DNA of 64,000 nucleotides from Gemmatimonadota bacterium (GCA_039588295.1 JBDHAB010000006.1:96001-160000), one strand, 5' to 3'. Positions 8,142-19,626 are shown, counted from the first letter of the stretch. A program made the numbers and translations. The notes: generated from the letters alone by a model not told the origin.

Positions 8142-11042
8142 ATGCGGTTGGTGAATCTACTGGCGGTTGCGACGGTCGTTCTCCGTGCGGGGGCCGTGCT
8201 CGCCGTGTTTGCGGCGCCTGCTGCGGCGCAGGTTTCCGACGACGCCGTGCTGCAGGGGTTTCGCTGGAGAAACATCGGTCCGGCCAACATGGGCGGCCGC
8301 ATCGTGGATATTGAGGCGGTGGAGGGCGACTTCAAGCGGGTGTTCGTCGCGTCAGCCTCGGGGGGCGTGTGGAAGTCGGTGAATGCAGGCACGACCTGGG
8401 AGCCGATCTTCAACGACTACGGATCGGCGTCCATTGGAGACATCGGCCTGTTTCAGTCCAACCCCGACATCGTGTGGGTGGGTACCGGCGAGGCCAACAA
8501 TCGCAACAGCGTCGCGTGGGGGGACGGGATCTACAAGTCCACGGATGGTGGCAAGACGTTCGTCAACAAGGGTCTTGCGTCGACCCACCAGATCGCCCGG
8601 GTTGTCACGCATCCCGTGGATCCCACGATCGTCTTCGCGTGCGCCATCGGACATCTGTGGGGCGTCTCCGGCGACCGAGGACTGTTCCTGACCACCGATG
8701 GAGGTGAGAGCTGGCGGAAGCTCGGCGGTGGCCTGCCGGACGACAGCGGGACCGGATGTATCGATCTGGTGATGCACCCGTCCGATCCCAACGTGCTCTA
8801 TGCGGCGTTCTACTACCGCCTGCGTCAGCCGTGGACGTTCCACAGCGGCGGGCCTGCCGGGGGGATCTTCAAGTCCGTCGACGGGGGTGCCACCTGGCGG
8901 AAAGTCACGAATGGACTCCCGCGTGGAGAGACCGGTCGCATTGGCCTCGCGATCTACCGTGGGGACCCGCGCATCGTGATGGCCTTTGTGGAAGCCGAGC
9001 GTACGGACGATCTGACCCAGCCCGGATCGGGCGTGTATCGCTCCGAGGATGACGGAGAGACGTGGACGTACGTCAACACCTATAACAATCGACCGTTCTA
9101 CTACAGCCAGATCCGCATCAATCCCTTGGACGACCAGCGCGTGTACCTCCTCACCACGCGGTTCATGGTCTCCGAGGACGGGGGCAAGAGTCTGCGGAAC
9201 GGCAGTGAAGACCAAGAGATCCACGGCGACTTTCACGCGATGTGGCTCGATCCGAACGACGCCGACCGCTATTACATCGGTGACGACAAGGGGTTGCATT
9301 TCACCCATGACCACGGCGAGCACTTCGTCTTTCTGGACAACCTTCCGATTGCCCAGTACTACCGCATCGGCGTCGACATGCGGGATCCGTATTTCGTGTA
9401 CGGTGGCTTGCAGGACAACGGGACCTACGGCGGTCCCAGCTTTGCGCGTGACGTACGCGGGATCCTGAACGACTACAACTGGAAGCTCCACTGGGGCGAC
9501 GGTATGGATATCCAGGTGGATCCTACGAACTGGCGCGTGTTGTACACTGAGGCGGAGAACGGGAGCTTCAGACGGTACGATGTGCTGACCCACCGGTTTT
9601 CCGGTGCGCGGCCCAATCCGGTGACCGTCACCAATTACGCGGAGGCTGTAGCGGAATCGGAACGGGATGGTGGAGGCGAGTTCCGATACAACTGGTCTGC
9701 CCCTCTCGTCATGTCACCGCACGATCCCCAGACGCTCTTCCTGGGAGCGCAGTACGTCTTCAAGACCACGGACGGCGGCGACTCCTGGACCATCATCAGT
9801 CCGGATCTCACGACGAACGACCCACAGAAGCGAGTCCGAGGACAGAGCGGTGGAATCACGCCCGACAACACGGGTGCAGAATACCATTGCAGTATCACGT
9901 CGATCTCTCCGTCTCAGATCTCGCCTGACGTGATCTGGGTAGCGACCGACGACGGCAACGTTCAGTTGACCCGAAACGGAGGAACGACGTGGACGAACGT
10001 GCGAGCGCACATTCCGGACGTTCCCCAAGGCATCTGGGCTGGCCGTATCGAGGCCTCCCACCACGATCCGGCGACAGCCTACGTGACCTTTGACGGCCAT
10101 CGGAGCGACCTGTTCACCCCGTGGGTGTTCCGGACCACGGACTACGGCCGTAGCTGGACGAACATTGCGAGTAACATTCCGGACGGACAGGTCGTGCACC
10201 TCCTCCGAGAGGATCTCGAGAATCCGGAGTTGCTCTTCGTGGGAACGGAGTTTGGAATATTCGTGTCGCTGAACGGCGGAGCGTCGTGGACACGGTTCCG
10301 CAACGGGTTCCCGACGGTGGCGGTGCAGGACATGGTCATTCACCCGCGCGACCACGATCTGGTAGCGGGTACCCATGGTCGGAGCATCTGGATCCTGGAC
10401 GACATTACGCCCCTGCAGCAATTCACCCCCGAGGTCCGGGCGGCTACAGCCCACTTGTTCGAGCAACGTGTGGCGACCCTGTGGGAGAACACGAGCCGTG
10501 GCGGCCAACGCGGCCACTTTTGGTACGCGGGTGAGAACCCGGCAACGATCGAACCCGCCAGCAGCCTGCCACGCGCTGGATTCCGCAACGCGGCCATGAT
10601 CGCGTACTACGTTGGTGAAGCCGCCCCATCAGCCCCCAGGCTGGAGATCATCGATGTCGAAGGAGGACATACGAAGGCTGTCACGCTCGAACCTGAGGCG
10701 GGAATCCACCGGTATCGCTGGGACCTGGAGTTCGACCCGGTACCCTTCACGGAGGAGGAGCGGCTCCGGGTGAGCGAGACATTCGAGCGCGTGATTGCGG
10801 AGTTCCCGGCGAGACGACGGCAGCTCACGACGGCATACGAGCGATTCAAGAGCGCGCAGACGCCCCGGGCGGAGCGGTCTGCCGTGCAGGCCCTCCTGAG
10901 CCCGTCGGTTCGGAGCGGTCTGGGGAGCGAATACGGGTTGGTGACGGCCGGCCCGGGGACATACGTGCTGACGCTCTCGCTGGACGGGCAAGAGGTAGCC
11001 GGCACACTCCGGATCCGCGAAGACCCGTTGCTGGGACAGTAG
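8142..11042 (+). CDS. Secreted VPS10/BNR (Asp-box) beta-propeller protein
   Basis: Signal peptide; WRNIGPANMGGR; many (S/T)xDGGx(T/S)W repeats. Confidence 0.9.
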   Translation: MRLVNLLAVATVVLRAGAVLAVFAAPAAAQVSDDAVLQGFRWRNIGPANMGGRIVDIEAVEGDFKRVFVASASGGVWKSVNAGTTWEPIFNDYGSASIGDIGLFQSNPDIVWVGTGEANNRNSVAWGDGIYKSTDGGKTFVNKGLASTHQIARVVTHPVDPTIVFACAIGHLWGVSGDRGLFLTTDGGESWRKLGGGLPDDSGTGCIDLVMHPSDPNVLYAAFYYRLRQPWTFHSGGPAGGIFKSVDGGATWRKVTNGLPRGETGRIGLAIYRGDPRIVMAFVEAERTDDLTQPGSGVYRSEDDGETWTYVNTYNNRPFYYSQIRINPLDDQRVYLLTTRFMVSEDGGKSLRNGSEDQEIHGDFHAMWLDPNDADRYYIGDDKGLHFTHDHGEHFVFLDNLPIAQYYRIGVDMRDPYFVYGGLQDNGTYGGPSFARDVRGILNDYNWKLHWGDGMDIQVDPTNWRVLYTEAENGSFRRYDVLTHRFSGARPNPVTVTNYAEAVAESERDGGGEFRYNWSAPLVMSPHDPQTLFLGAQYVFKTTDGGDSWTIISPDLTTNDPQKRVRGQSGGITPDNTGAEYHCSITSISPSQISPDVIWVATDDGNVQLTRNGGTTWTNVRAHIPDVPQGIWAGRIEASHHDPATAYVTFDGHRSDLFTPWVFRTTDYGRSWTNIASNIPDGQVVHLLREDLENPELLFVGTEFGIFVSLNGGASWTRFRNGFPTVAVQDMVIHPRDHDLVAGTHGRSIWILDDITPLQQFTPEVRAATAHLFEQRVATLWENTSRGGQRGHFWYAGENPATIEPASSLPRAGFRNAAMIAYYVGEAAPSAPRLEIIDVEGGHTKAVTLEPEAGIHRYRWDLEFDPVPFTEEERLRVSETFERVIAEFPARRRQLTTAYERFKSAQTPRAERSAVQALLSPSVRSGLGSEYGLVTAGPGTYVLTLSLDGQEVAGTLRIREDPLLGQ

Positions 11043-11178
11043 CCACTCAGCGTGGCAGCTACTGCAGCACACAAATCCCTTGGGTTCACGGCGTTTTGAG
11101 GTCTTCCCGGGAGGGGAGCGGGCTGCCATTTTTCCGAGTGTCTTCTTCTAGCCGTACCTGGGTGGAAGTGAGTGCAGC

Positions 11179-13641
11179 ATGGGTGACGTACCGGACGGAC
11201 TGAGAACGGCGCTCGCCGGTCGCTACGACCTCGATAAGGAGATCGGCCGGGGAGGCATGGCGACCGTCTATCTCGCCCGTGATCGGAAGCACCGCCGAAA
11301 AGTCGCCGTCAAAGTCTTCCGGTCGGAGCTGTCCGCCTCGGTCGGTACGGAGCGGTTCCTTCGCGAGATCGAGATCGCCGCTCAACTGAGCCACCCGCAC
11401 ATCCTCCCGTTGTACGATTCGGGACACGCCGACGGGTTTCTCTACTATGTGATGCCGTATGTTGAGGGAGAGTCGCTGCGCGAGCGCCTTCGGCTCGAGC
11501 AGCAACTCCCGGTCGAGGAAGCGTTGGAGATCGGTGTGGAGGTCGCCGATGCGCTCGCGCACGCCCACAGCAGCGGCGTGGTCCACCGTGACATCAAGCC
11601 CGAGAACATCCTGTTCGCTGCGGGGCAACCGGTCATCGCCGACTTCGGGATGGCGCGTGCGGTCACGATGCTCGATGGGAAAGAGTTGACGGATGTCGGG
11701 ATTGCCGTCGGCACCCCCACCTACATGAGCCCCGAGCAAGCGACGGGGGCAGAGCGGCAGGATCATCGCAGTGACGTCTACGCGCTGGGGTGCGTCGTCT
11801 ACGAGATGCTGGCCGGCATTCCGCCGTTCGTCGGGCCCAGCGCCCAAGCGGTCATGGCACGACATTCCACGGATCCGGTTCCGCCGCTCCGCACCGTGCG
11901 CGAGAGCATACCCGAATCCGTCGAACGGGTGGTGCTTCGCGCGCTCGCCAAGACGCCGGCCGACCGGTACACCACGGCGGCACAGTTTGCCGACGCTCTC
12001 CGCAAGGCGCAAACTGAATGGATCTCCTACTCATCCGGTGCGACGGTGGTCACACAAGCGAGCGGTCACGGTAGTAGCGCCACATGGCTCAAACGGAGTC
12101 TGGTGCCCGTTGTGGTCGTTGCGGCTGCGCTATTGATCTGGCGTCCATGGTCGGGCGGCCAGAGTCCTGCCGTCGCAACCGCGCCTGCGTATGGTGATTC
12201 CATCGCGGTGAAGCCGGTGGTCAATCTCACCGGTCGGGGCATACTGGATCACGTGGCAGAGGTGGTGACCCACGATCTCATCGGATATCTGACCCAGTTC
12301 CCGCAGATCAAGGTGACGTCGCTCCACTCGGTACGGGCGCTTGCCGACGCGCGCCTTACGTCGCGCCAGCTTGCGGAGTCGCTCGGGGTACGGCTCGTGC
12401 TCGAGGCGCGCTTCTTGTCTCGTGGAGATGGGTTCCTCGTACAGGCGTCGTTGATCGACGCGATGCGCGACGCCAGTCTGTGGAACGATGCGTGGGGTTC
12501 CGACCTCTCGGACCCCGGGGCTGCCGAAGTGGAGATGGTGCGCCGCATCGGAGAGGCAATCGCGCAGCGCGTCGAAGGGACCGCAGTTGCGGAGGCCCGG
12601 CTTCCCCCGGAACACGCCCAACGGGAGGCAGCTGAGGCGTATCAGATCGGACGCCACTGGTTGCCGCGTCGCACCCCTGAGGGTATCCGGCGCGCCATAG
12701 CGGCATTCCGCGAGGCGGTCGCCCGTGACTCGACCTACGCACCGGCCTATGCAGGTCTCTCATCGGCCTACTCGCTGGCGCTCGCGTACCGCTATGACAT
12801 CGGCCTGGATGGCTACGGGACGGCCGGGCGGTCGTTAGCCCTGGCCGATCGGGCGGTCGCGCTGGACTCAACCCTCGCCAGTGCCTTTGCCGCACGCGGA
12901 TACCTCGAAAGTCGCTCGTTTGCACCCACGCCGACTGTCGCCACTGACTGCGAGCGGGTGCTCGCGCTGCAACCCAGTGGGGCAGATGGACCCAGTTGGT
13001 GCGCTCGCGTGCTCGCGCAGCAGGGAGACATCGATGCCGCGTTTGCCGAGGCGGAGCGGGCGGTTGCCCTGGATCCGCTCTCGGCGGGTCGGCGGCTCGC
13101 GCTCGCCTACGAGGCGTTGGGCAGCCGGCGGTACAACCTCGCCATCCAGCAGGCACAGATGGCGTCGGCCCTGGAGCCAGAGCTCGTACTCCCTCTGGCG
13201 ATCGAAGCGCGCGCGCGCCTGCTCGCGGGGGATGCTGCGGGTTGTGTGGGAATGGAGCTCGGCCCCCATGCGGTGCTGCGGGCCATGTGTGTCCGTGAGC
13301 TCGGCCGCATCGACGAGGCGAGCGCGATCGTCGACTCCGTCCTCAGTCTGGTCGAACCGGGCGCTCTGGTCGACACCGTCTTCACCGAAGTGATCCGTGC
13401 GGAAGACCTCGCCACGTACTACGGGTGGATCGGTGATGCCGGTGCCGCTTTGAGGTGGCTCGTTCGGGCATACGACCTGTCGCCAAGCGGCGTCGAGGTC
13501 CGGGTGCTCGAATCCGAGCTGTTCCGCCGCGTCCGGAGCGATGCAGCGTTCGCCGAGGGGGTAGCTCGGGTTCGAGGCTCCATTTGGCCGCGGGTCGAAG
13601 CCGCGAGCCGCGGCTTCGCGTCCCCCGCGCCAACCCCGTAG
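11179..13641 (+). CDS. Hanks-type Ser/Thr kinase with TM, TolB-like and TPR regions
   Basis: GRGGMATV, VAVK, HRDIKPEN, DFG, GTPTYMSPE; TM near aa 310; helical repeats. Confidence 0.93.
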   Translation: MGDVPDGLRTALAGRYDLDKEIGRGGMATVYLARDRKHRRKVAVKVFRSELSASVGTERFLREIEIAAQLSHPHILPLYDSGHADGFLYYVMPYVEGESLRERLRLEQQLPVEEALEIGVEVADALAHAHSSGVVHRDIKPENILFAAGQPVIADFGMARAVTMLDGKELTDVGIAVGTPTYMSPEQATGAERQDHRSDVYALGCVVYEMLAGIPPFVGPSAQAVMARHSTDPVPPLRTVRESIPESVERVVLRALAKTPADRYTTAAQFADALRKAQTEWISYSSGATVVTQASGHGSSATWLKRSLVPVVVVAAALLIWRPWSGGQSPAVATAPAYGDSIAVKPVVNLTGRGILDHVAEVVTHDLIGYLTQFPQIKVTSLHSVRALADARLTSRQLAESLGVRLVLEARFLSRGDGFLVQASLIDAMRDASLWNDAWGSDLSDPGAAEVEMVRRIGEAIAQRVEGTAVAEARLPPEHAQREAAEAYQIGRHWLPRRTPEGIRRAIAAFREAVARDSTYAPAYAGLSSAYSLALAYRYDIGLDGYGTAGRSLALADRAVALDSTLASAFAARGYLESRSFAPTPTVATDCERVLALQPSGADGPSWCARVLAQQGDIDAAFAEAERAVALDPLSAGRRLALAYEALGSRRYNLAIQQAQMASALEPELVLPLAIEARARLLAGDAAGCVGMELGPHAVLRAMCVRELGRIDEASAIVDSVLSLVEPGALVDTVFTEVIRAEDLATYYGWIGDAGAALRWLVRAYDLSPSGVEVRVLESELFRRVRSDAAFAEGVARVRGSIWPRVEAASRGFASPAPTP

Positions 13642-13665
13642 CAATCGAGGCGGAGGAGCCGTCAC

Positions 13666-15310
13666 ATGTGGCTGACGCCCCGCACCATGCGTTTGCTGCT
13701 GGCTGGAGCCTGCGCACTCGCCTGTGCTGAGACCGACTGGCGGGCGCAGATACCGGCAGACTGGCCATTCTCCTTGGACGGTCCGTCCACCTACGCGCAA
13801 CACGGCATGGTTGTCTCCACCGACCGCTATGCGAGCGAGGTTGGCGTCGAGATTCTGAAGGCGGGGGGTAACGCCGTCGATGCCGCTGTAGCGACATCAC
13901 TTGCCCTGGCCGTTGTCAGTCCCGAGGCCGGCAACATCGGTGGTGGTGGCTTCATGGTGATCCGGCTCGCCGACGGTGAGACAGCCGCAATCGACTATCG
14001 TGAGCGCGCGCCGGCGTCCGCATCCCGGGATATGTACCTCGACTCTGCGGGGAATCTCACCGACGCGTCCGTGCTCGGACACCTGGCAGTTGGGGTGCCA
14101 GGCACCGTGGCGGGCCTGTGGGACGCCCATCAACGCTTCGGATTCCTGCCATGGAGTGATCGCCATATTCCTTCCCAACGGTCGCGCTCCGGAAGTCGGC
14201 GACACACTCATCCAGTCCGACCTTGCGGCGACACTGCGACGTATCCAGGTGGACGGCCGCGACGGGTTCTATCGTGGTACAACGGCCAGTCTCATTGTGC
14301 AGGAGATGGAGCGCGGTGGCGGGCTGATCACCCATCGAGATCTCGCGACCTACGAGGCTGCCTGGCGTGACCCGATCGAGTTCACCTACCGCGGGCACAC
14401 CCTCCTCTCGATGCCGCCGGTCTCCTCTGGTGGGGCGACTCTCGGGGCGATGATGAAGATCCTCGAAGGGTACGACCTCCCGTCGATGACGTGGCACTCG
14501 CCTGAGATGATCCATTATCTGGCAGAAGCGTGGAAGCGGGCGTACGCAGATCGGAATGCCTATCTCGCCGATCCGGATTATGTGGAGATGCCGATCGCGC
14601 GCATGATCTCGGAGGAGTACGCGGCGGAGCGCCGCGCGAGCATCGCTCGGGACCGCGCAACACCGTCATTGGAGATTGGCCCCGGTCTGGGGCGACCGGC
14701 CCGCGAGTTGAACACCACACATCTCTCAGTCGTGGACAGGCAGGGACACGCAGTCTCCCTCACGACCACGATCAACTCGTTCTATGGCAGCAAGGTGACC
14801 GTGGCCGGTGCCGGGTTTCTTCTCAACAACGAGATGGACGACTTCGCCGCCCAGCCGGGGTCACCGAACCAGTACGGACTCGTCCAGGGCGAGAACAACG
14901 CGATCGAGCCAGGCAAGCGCATGCTGTCGGCGATGACGCCCACGATCGTGCTGGATCCGGAGCGCCGGCTGTTGATGGTGCTCGGTACGCCCGGCGGCGC
15001 CACGATCATCACCAACGTGTTTCAGAACATCTCCAACGTGATCGACTATGGAATGGGAATCCGCGAAGCCGTGAACGCGCCGCGGTTGCATCACCAACAC
15101 TTGCCCGACCGCATTCAGTGGGAACCCGGCTCGCTCTCGGACGAAACGGTGGAAGCGCTTCAGGCAATGGGGCACACGCTGGAGGAGCGCATCCGCACCG
15201 GTGCCGTGTACCCCTATATCGGTGACATCCAGGCGATCCTCGTACGGCCCGACGGACGCCTCGAGGGGGCGTCCGATCCACGGAGGGGAGGGACTGCCGT
15301 CGGTTATTGA
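13666..15310 (+). pseudogene. ggt: Gamma-glutamyltransferase disrupted by an internal deletion/frameshift at ~14161
   Basis: N-half (GGNAVDAA, GGGGF, IDYRE, VPGTVAG) and C-half (TTH, LLNNEMDDF, GTPGG, SDPR) lie in different frames; the segment between PWSD and AIFLPNG is missing. Confidence 0.85.
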
Positions 15311-16458
15311 GCCTCGGGTGCTTGTTTCGGCTGTGGATCGCGGTCGGCGTCTCGACCCCTCTCATCGACCACGAAAGTCAGCGTCCTGCGCTTGGCCACG
15401 GCGGCGCCCAGGGTTTCAACCACAGTTGGATCCAGCGCCTTACCCGCCAGCGTGCCAAGGTATTCGGCGGCCTCATCCTGGGACATCTCCTTTTGGTGCG
15501 GTCGTGACGACGTGATGGCGTCGAACACGTCCGCCGCGGCAATGATCCGCGCTCCCAGAGGGATCTCGTCTCCTGCAAGGCCACTCGGATACCCGGACCC
15601 GTCCCACCGTTCGTGGTGGTGACGAACCAGCGCCACCACCGGTGCAAGGTGCCTGAAAGGCTCGAGGATCTGTGACCCTACGGCGATGTGCCCTTTGACG
15701 TGTGCGAACTCTTGCTCCGTAAGCTGGCCCGCCTTGTTCAACACCTCGTCGCGCACCCCAATCATGCCGATGTCGTGGAGCATTCCGGCCGTGCGCACCT
15801 GTTCCACTGTCTCGTCGTCGAGATCGAGGTGTCCAGCGATCGTGGCCGAAAGAGAGGCAACGCGGGCGGAGTGGCCACCGAAATAGTCGCTCTTTGCCTC
15901 GAGCGCGTTGATGAGCGCGGTAAGCGTTGCGACCGTGAGCTCTTCCTGACGCTGGCGATGGACCTCGACCTCCTCGCCACGACGTTGCACCTCGCGACGC
16001 AGCCAGTCGGTGATACCCTGGTCCTGCTTGTGGGTGTCGCGACGGCGGAGGGCCCGGTGGATGGCGTCGTCCAACTCCACGAACTGGATCGGTTTCGTGA
16101 GATAGTCCATGGCCCCACGCTGCATACATTCGGCGGCGATCTGCGCCTCATTCACCCCGCTCAACATGACCACGGCGAGGTCCGAATCGATCTCCAACGC
16201 CGCCGGCAGCACCTCAATGCCGGTCATTCCGGGCATCCGGATGTCCAGAATCATGAGCGCCGCCGGCTCCTGCCGGAGGGAATCCAGCGCTGCCGATCCG
16301 GTGCTTGCGGTGCCAACCGAGCACCCCTTGCCCTCGAGATAGCGCTTCAACGGACGGCGAATGGCCTCCTCGTCATCCACGATCAGGATCCTCACGCCGG
16401 CGGTGGCCGGCGCTTCGGCGGACTGTTGCTCCTCGTTCGGAGTGTCTTGTGAAGCCAT
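15304..16458 (-). CDS. Response regulator with HD-GYP c-di-GMP phosphodiesterase domain
   Basis: REC (VDDE, LDIRMPG, KP) plus HDIG, HHERWDGSGYP. Confidence 0.93.
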   Translation of the reverse strand: MASQDTPNEEQQSAEAPATAGVRILIVDDEEAIRRPLKRYLEGKGCSVGTASTGSAALDSLRQEPAALMILDIRMPGMTGIEVLPAALEIDSDLAVVMLSGVNEAQIAAECMQRGAMDYLTKPIQFVELDDAIHRALRRRDTHKQDQGITDWLRREVQRRGEEVEVHRQRQEELTVATLTALINALEAKSDYFGGHSARVASLSATIAGHLDLDDETVEQVRTAGMLHDIGMIGVRDEVLNKAGQLTEQEFAHVKGHIAVGSQILEPFRHLAPVVALVRHHHERWDGSGYPSGLAGDEIPLGARIIAAADVFDAITSSRPHQKEMSQDEAAEYLGTLAGKALDPTVVETLGAAVAKRRTLTFVVDERGRDADRDPQPKQAPEAQ

Positions 16459-16721
16459 ACGCAGTCTCCAAGGGACGCCACGAATCGGCCTGCCGTCTTA
16501 CTCCGTGCCTCATCGCCTACGGACCGGTCGCAGACGGCACAATATCGACGTAACGTAGGATGGCGTAGACGTGGACGCCAGCCCGAGCACCGGGCCGGAG
16601 GTGTCCGTCTGAGGCTGACACCAAGAGTGTTATTGTTCGTACGTCTGCGGGTCGCCGACACTGATAGGTGATTGGGCGGCGAGCGCGTAGCTTGTGATGC
16701 GGACCACCTGAGGAGTCTTCA

Positions 16722-17096
16722 ATGAAGCGGATTCTGGTGGTGGACGACGAGGAAGGAATCCGATCCCTCGCCCAACGTATCCTGGAACGCTTCGGGTACG
16801 CGGTCGAGACGGCCTCCAATGGTCAGGAAGCCCTCAGCCTCTATCGCGAGGACGCACCCGATCTCGTCCTGCTGGACATGTTCATGCCGGACAGCGATGG
16901 GTTTGAGGCTATTCGTGAACTCAAGAAGGAGTTCCCCGAGGCGCGGATCATCGCGACATCGGGAGGTGGGACGTTGATGAAGAAGGATGTGCTCGAAATG
17001 GCGAAGGTAGTCGGCGCTGCCGCGACCCTCCCTAAACCGTTTTCCCTTGCGGAGCTCCAGTCGACGGTTGAGCGGGTGCTGGCGTCACCCTCGTAG
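16722..17096 (+). CDS. Single-domain response regulator
   Basis: VVDDE, LLDMFMP, ATSGG, KPF; GAGGAG RBS. Confidence 0.92.
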   Translation: MKRILVVDDEEGIRSLAQRILERFGYAVETASNGQEALSLYREDAPDLVLLDMFMPDSDGFEAIRELKKEFPEARIIATSGGGTLMKKDVLEMAKVVGAAATLPKPFSLAELQSTVERVLASPS

Positions 17097-17129
17097 AAAC
17101 TTCAGAAGCGGGGGCCCGCCGCCGGACTC

Positions 17130-18407
17130 TCAAAGCTCTCGGATGGCCTCGATGGGGTCGAGCTTGGCCGCGCGGCTCGCGGGATACCAGCCGAACAGCA
17201 ATCCGACAAACAGGGCGAAAACGATCGCCATCCAGACCCCTGGAACGTAAAGGGGGATGCCGAGGTCGCGCCCAAAGCTCTGTGCGATCGACTCGGTGAT
17301 CAGGATCAGGCCGGTGCCGCCACCAACGCCCAGCGTTGCACCGAGCAACGCGAGCACCAGCGACTCCGCCAAGAACAGCTGACGGATGTGGCGATCATCG
17401 GCCCCCAATGCCTTCCGGATGCCGATTTCCCGGACCCGCTCGCGAACGGAGATGAGCAGCACGCTGAACAGGCCGATCCCCCCCACGACGAGGGTTACCC
17501 CCGCGATCGTAAACAGCACGACGTCCCAGCCGCGTGCGATGCCGCCGGCCATCACGAGATCGGCCTCGAGGTTGGCGTTTTCGTTGTCGACATCGAAGTC
17601 GTCCGCGCCCAGGTGCCGCTGGCTGAGCAGGGTCCGACCGGCCTGTACGGTGGATGGGAAATCCGCGTCGTCCGCGACTTTGAGCAGCAGGTTGTCGACA
17701 CGTCCTAATCCCTTGTGATACAGGGTGAGGTAGGTGAACGGCACGTAGACACGTCGAGCGAGAAAGGAGAAATCTGCCGGGATCAGCTCCAGCTCGATCG
17801 GAGCCACGACGCCCACAACCTGGAACCTGATCCCCTCGATGAGAATCGTGCGCCCGACGGGGTCCGCAGATCCAAAGAAGTCTTCTACCAGCTCCTGCCC
17901 GACTACCGCAACCCTGGCGGCGTTCATCACGTCCAGGGGAACGAACTCTCGGCCGCGCACGATCCGCCAGTTTCGGAATCGGAGGTAGCCGGCGTCGACC
18001 CCGTCCACTTGAACGACCCGCTGATCCAACGGTGTGCTCACGAGGCGAGACCCGGCGAAGTTGCGGGCATAGGTTCCCTCGACCCCGCGGAGGGAGCGGA
18101 GCGCCTCCACGTCTGTCAGGCGGATCCCTCGGTGCCGAAGCTCACTTGCGTAGCGCGCGTCCGATCGAGGTCCGCGATCGTAGAGCTCGAAGGTGCGCGG
18201 CATTCCCATGCGGCTCAGCTCGTCGAAGGCCACCGTCTTGATCGCGGCGGAGAGCGACGTCATGGAGACGACGGATGCTGTGCCGAACACGATTCCCGTC
18301 AGCGTGAGCAACGAGCGCAGTGGATGCGCTCGGATCTCACGCATCGCATCGAGCGACAGCTCGCCAGCGCTGCCGAGGGCCGCCCGCCATCGGCCGTGGC
18401 TAGCCAT
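17130..18407 (-). CDS. MacB/FtsX-type ABC permease
   Basis: RSLLTL, periplasmic domain, SVRERVREIGIRKALGA, PASRAAKLDPIEAIR. Confidence 0.92.
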   Translation of the reverse strand: MASHGRWRAALGSAGELSLDAMREIRAHPLRSLLTLTGIVFGTASVVSMTSLSAAIKTVAFDELSRMGMPRTFELYDRGPRSDARYASELRHRGIRLTDVEALRSLRGVEGTYARNFAGSRLVSTPLDQRVVQVDGVDAGYLRFRNWRIVRGREFVPLDVMNAARVAVVGQELVEDFFGSADPVGRTILIEGIRFQVVGVVAPIELELIPADFSFLARRVYVPFTYLTLYHKGLGRVDNLLLKVADDADFPSTVQAGRTLLSQRHLGADDFDVDNENANLEADLVMAGGIARGWDVVLFTIAGVTLVVGGIGLFSVLLISVRERVREIGIRKALGADDRHIRQLFLAESLVLALLGATLGVGGGTGLILITESIAQSFGRDLGIPLYVPGVWMAIVFALFVGLLFGWYPASRAAKLDPIEAIREL

Positions 18408-19626
18408 AGCGCAGTGCCTCGACCGGTGACAACCGGGCGGCCCGAAACGCTGGGTAGATGCCGGCCACCACGCCGACGCTCAGCGACGTCCCGAGTGCAA
18501 CGGTTGCCATGGTTCCGGTGACGACCGCCGGCATCTTCATGAAATGGGCGACCGCGCCGGTGAGCGCGGATCCGAGTCCCAAGCCCGCCAGCCCACCGAT
18601 CCCCGCGATGACCACAACCTGGGCGACGACCTGGGCAAAGATCTGGATACCCGAGGCACCCAGGGCCATCCTCGTGCCGAACTCGCGCACCCGCTCGACC
18701 ACGGACGCTAACAAGATGTTAGCAATCACGACTCCGCCCGCGAACAGCGAGACGACGCCGACGACCAAGAAGATGAAGTTGAACATGAGAAAGAACGCCG
18801 CATCCTCACCATCTCTGGATCCGGAGGGCGTGATGTCGAAGTCTTCCACTCCGTGCCGCAGTCTGAGCATGGTCGCGACCTGCGACTCGGCCGCGCGGGC
18901 ACCGGTCGGCGTTCGCGCCCGGAGGGTGAGAAAACTCAAGCGATCGTCGTCCCCGGTGTACTGGGTGAACGCGGTCGTGATCGGAACGTATGCTCGCTCG
19001 TTGCGATACTCGAGTTCGTTTCCGCTCCATACGGCGAAGTAGAACTCCTCACGCTCCAGCACGCCGACGACCGTGTAATTCTTTCCTCCCAGGTTGACCA
19101 GCCGACCAAGGGCGCGGTCGGGTTGTCCGAACAGGGAGTCCGCGTACTTCCAGCCGAGTACCATGACACGAGACTTACGGCGGATGTCCAGATCGCTCAG
19201 GTAGCGTCCCACCAGGGGTCGAATGTCATTGATCCGAGCGTAGTCGGGTGTGGTGCCGATGACCGGACCCGTGAAGTGCGCATCCCCGACCACGTACTCG
19301 AGTTGATCGAACCATCCCGGCGCGACGTTGGCCAACGTCGTCGCGTGATCTTTGAGGTATGCGGCGTCCCGGTAGGTGAGGCGATCGGACGCAAGCTCCC
19401 GTGCCGTGGGCTGCTGAGACTGTTCCCGGTCGCGAACGATCACGGACCCGAAACCACCCACCTCGGCGATGAACTCCTGCGTGTGCTTCGACTGCCCCCC
19501 AAACAGGGCAAGCACGGTCACGATGCTCGCCGTGCCGAGCACGAGACCTCCGAGTGACAGCAGGGTCTGTCCAAGATGGCGCCGGGCTTCATCCAACCCG
19601 ACCAGCAAGGACTCCAACAAGCTCAC
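18400..19626 (-). CDS. MacB/FtsX-type ABC permease
   Basis: ERVREFGTRMALGA, YPAFRAARLSPVEALRY. Confidence 0.92.
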   Translation of the reverse strand: MSLLESLLVGLDEARRHLGQTLLSLGGLVLGTASIVTVLALFGGQSKHTQEFIAEVGGFGSVIVRDREQSQQPTARELASDRLTYRDAAYLKDHATTLANVAPGWFDQLEYVVGDAHFTGPVIGTTPDYARINDIRPLVGRYLSDLDIRRKSRVMVLGWKYADSLFGQPDRALGRLVNLGGKNYTVVGVLEREEFYFAVWSGNELEYRNERAYVPITTAFTQYTGDDDRLSFLTLRARTPTGARAAESQVATMLRLRHGVEDFDITPSGSRDGEDAAFFLMFNFIFLVVGVVSLFAGGVVIANILLASVVERVREFGTRMALGASGIQIFAQVVAQVVVIAGIGGLAGLGLGSALTGAVAHFMKMPAVVTGTMATVALGTSLSVGVVAGIYPAFRAARLSPVEALRYG

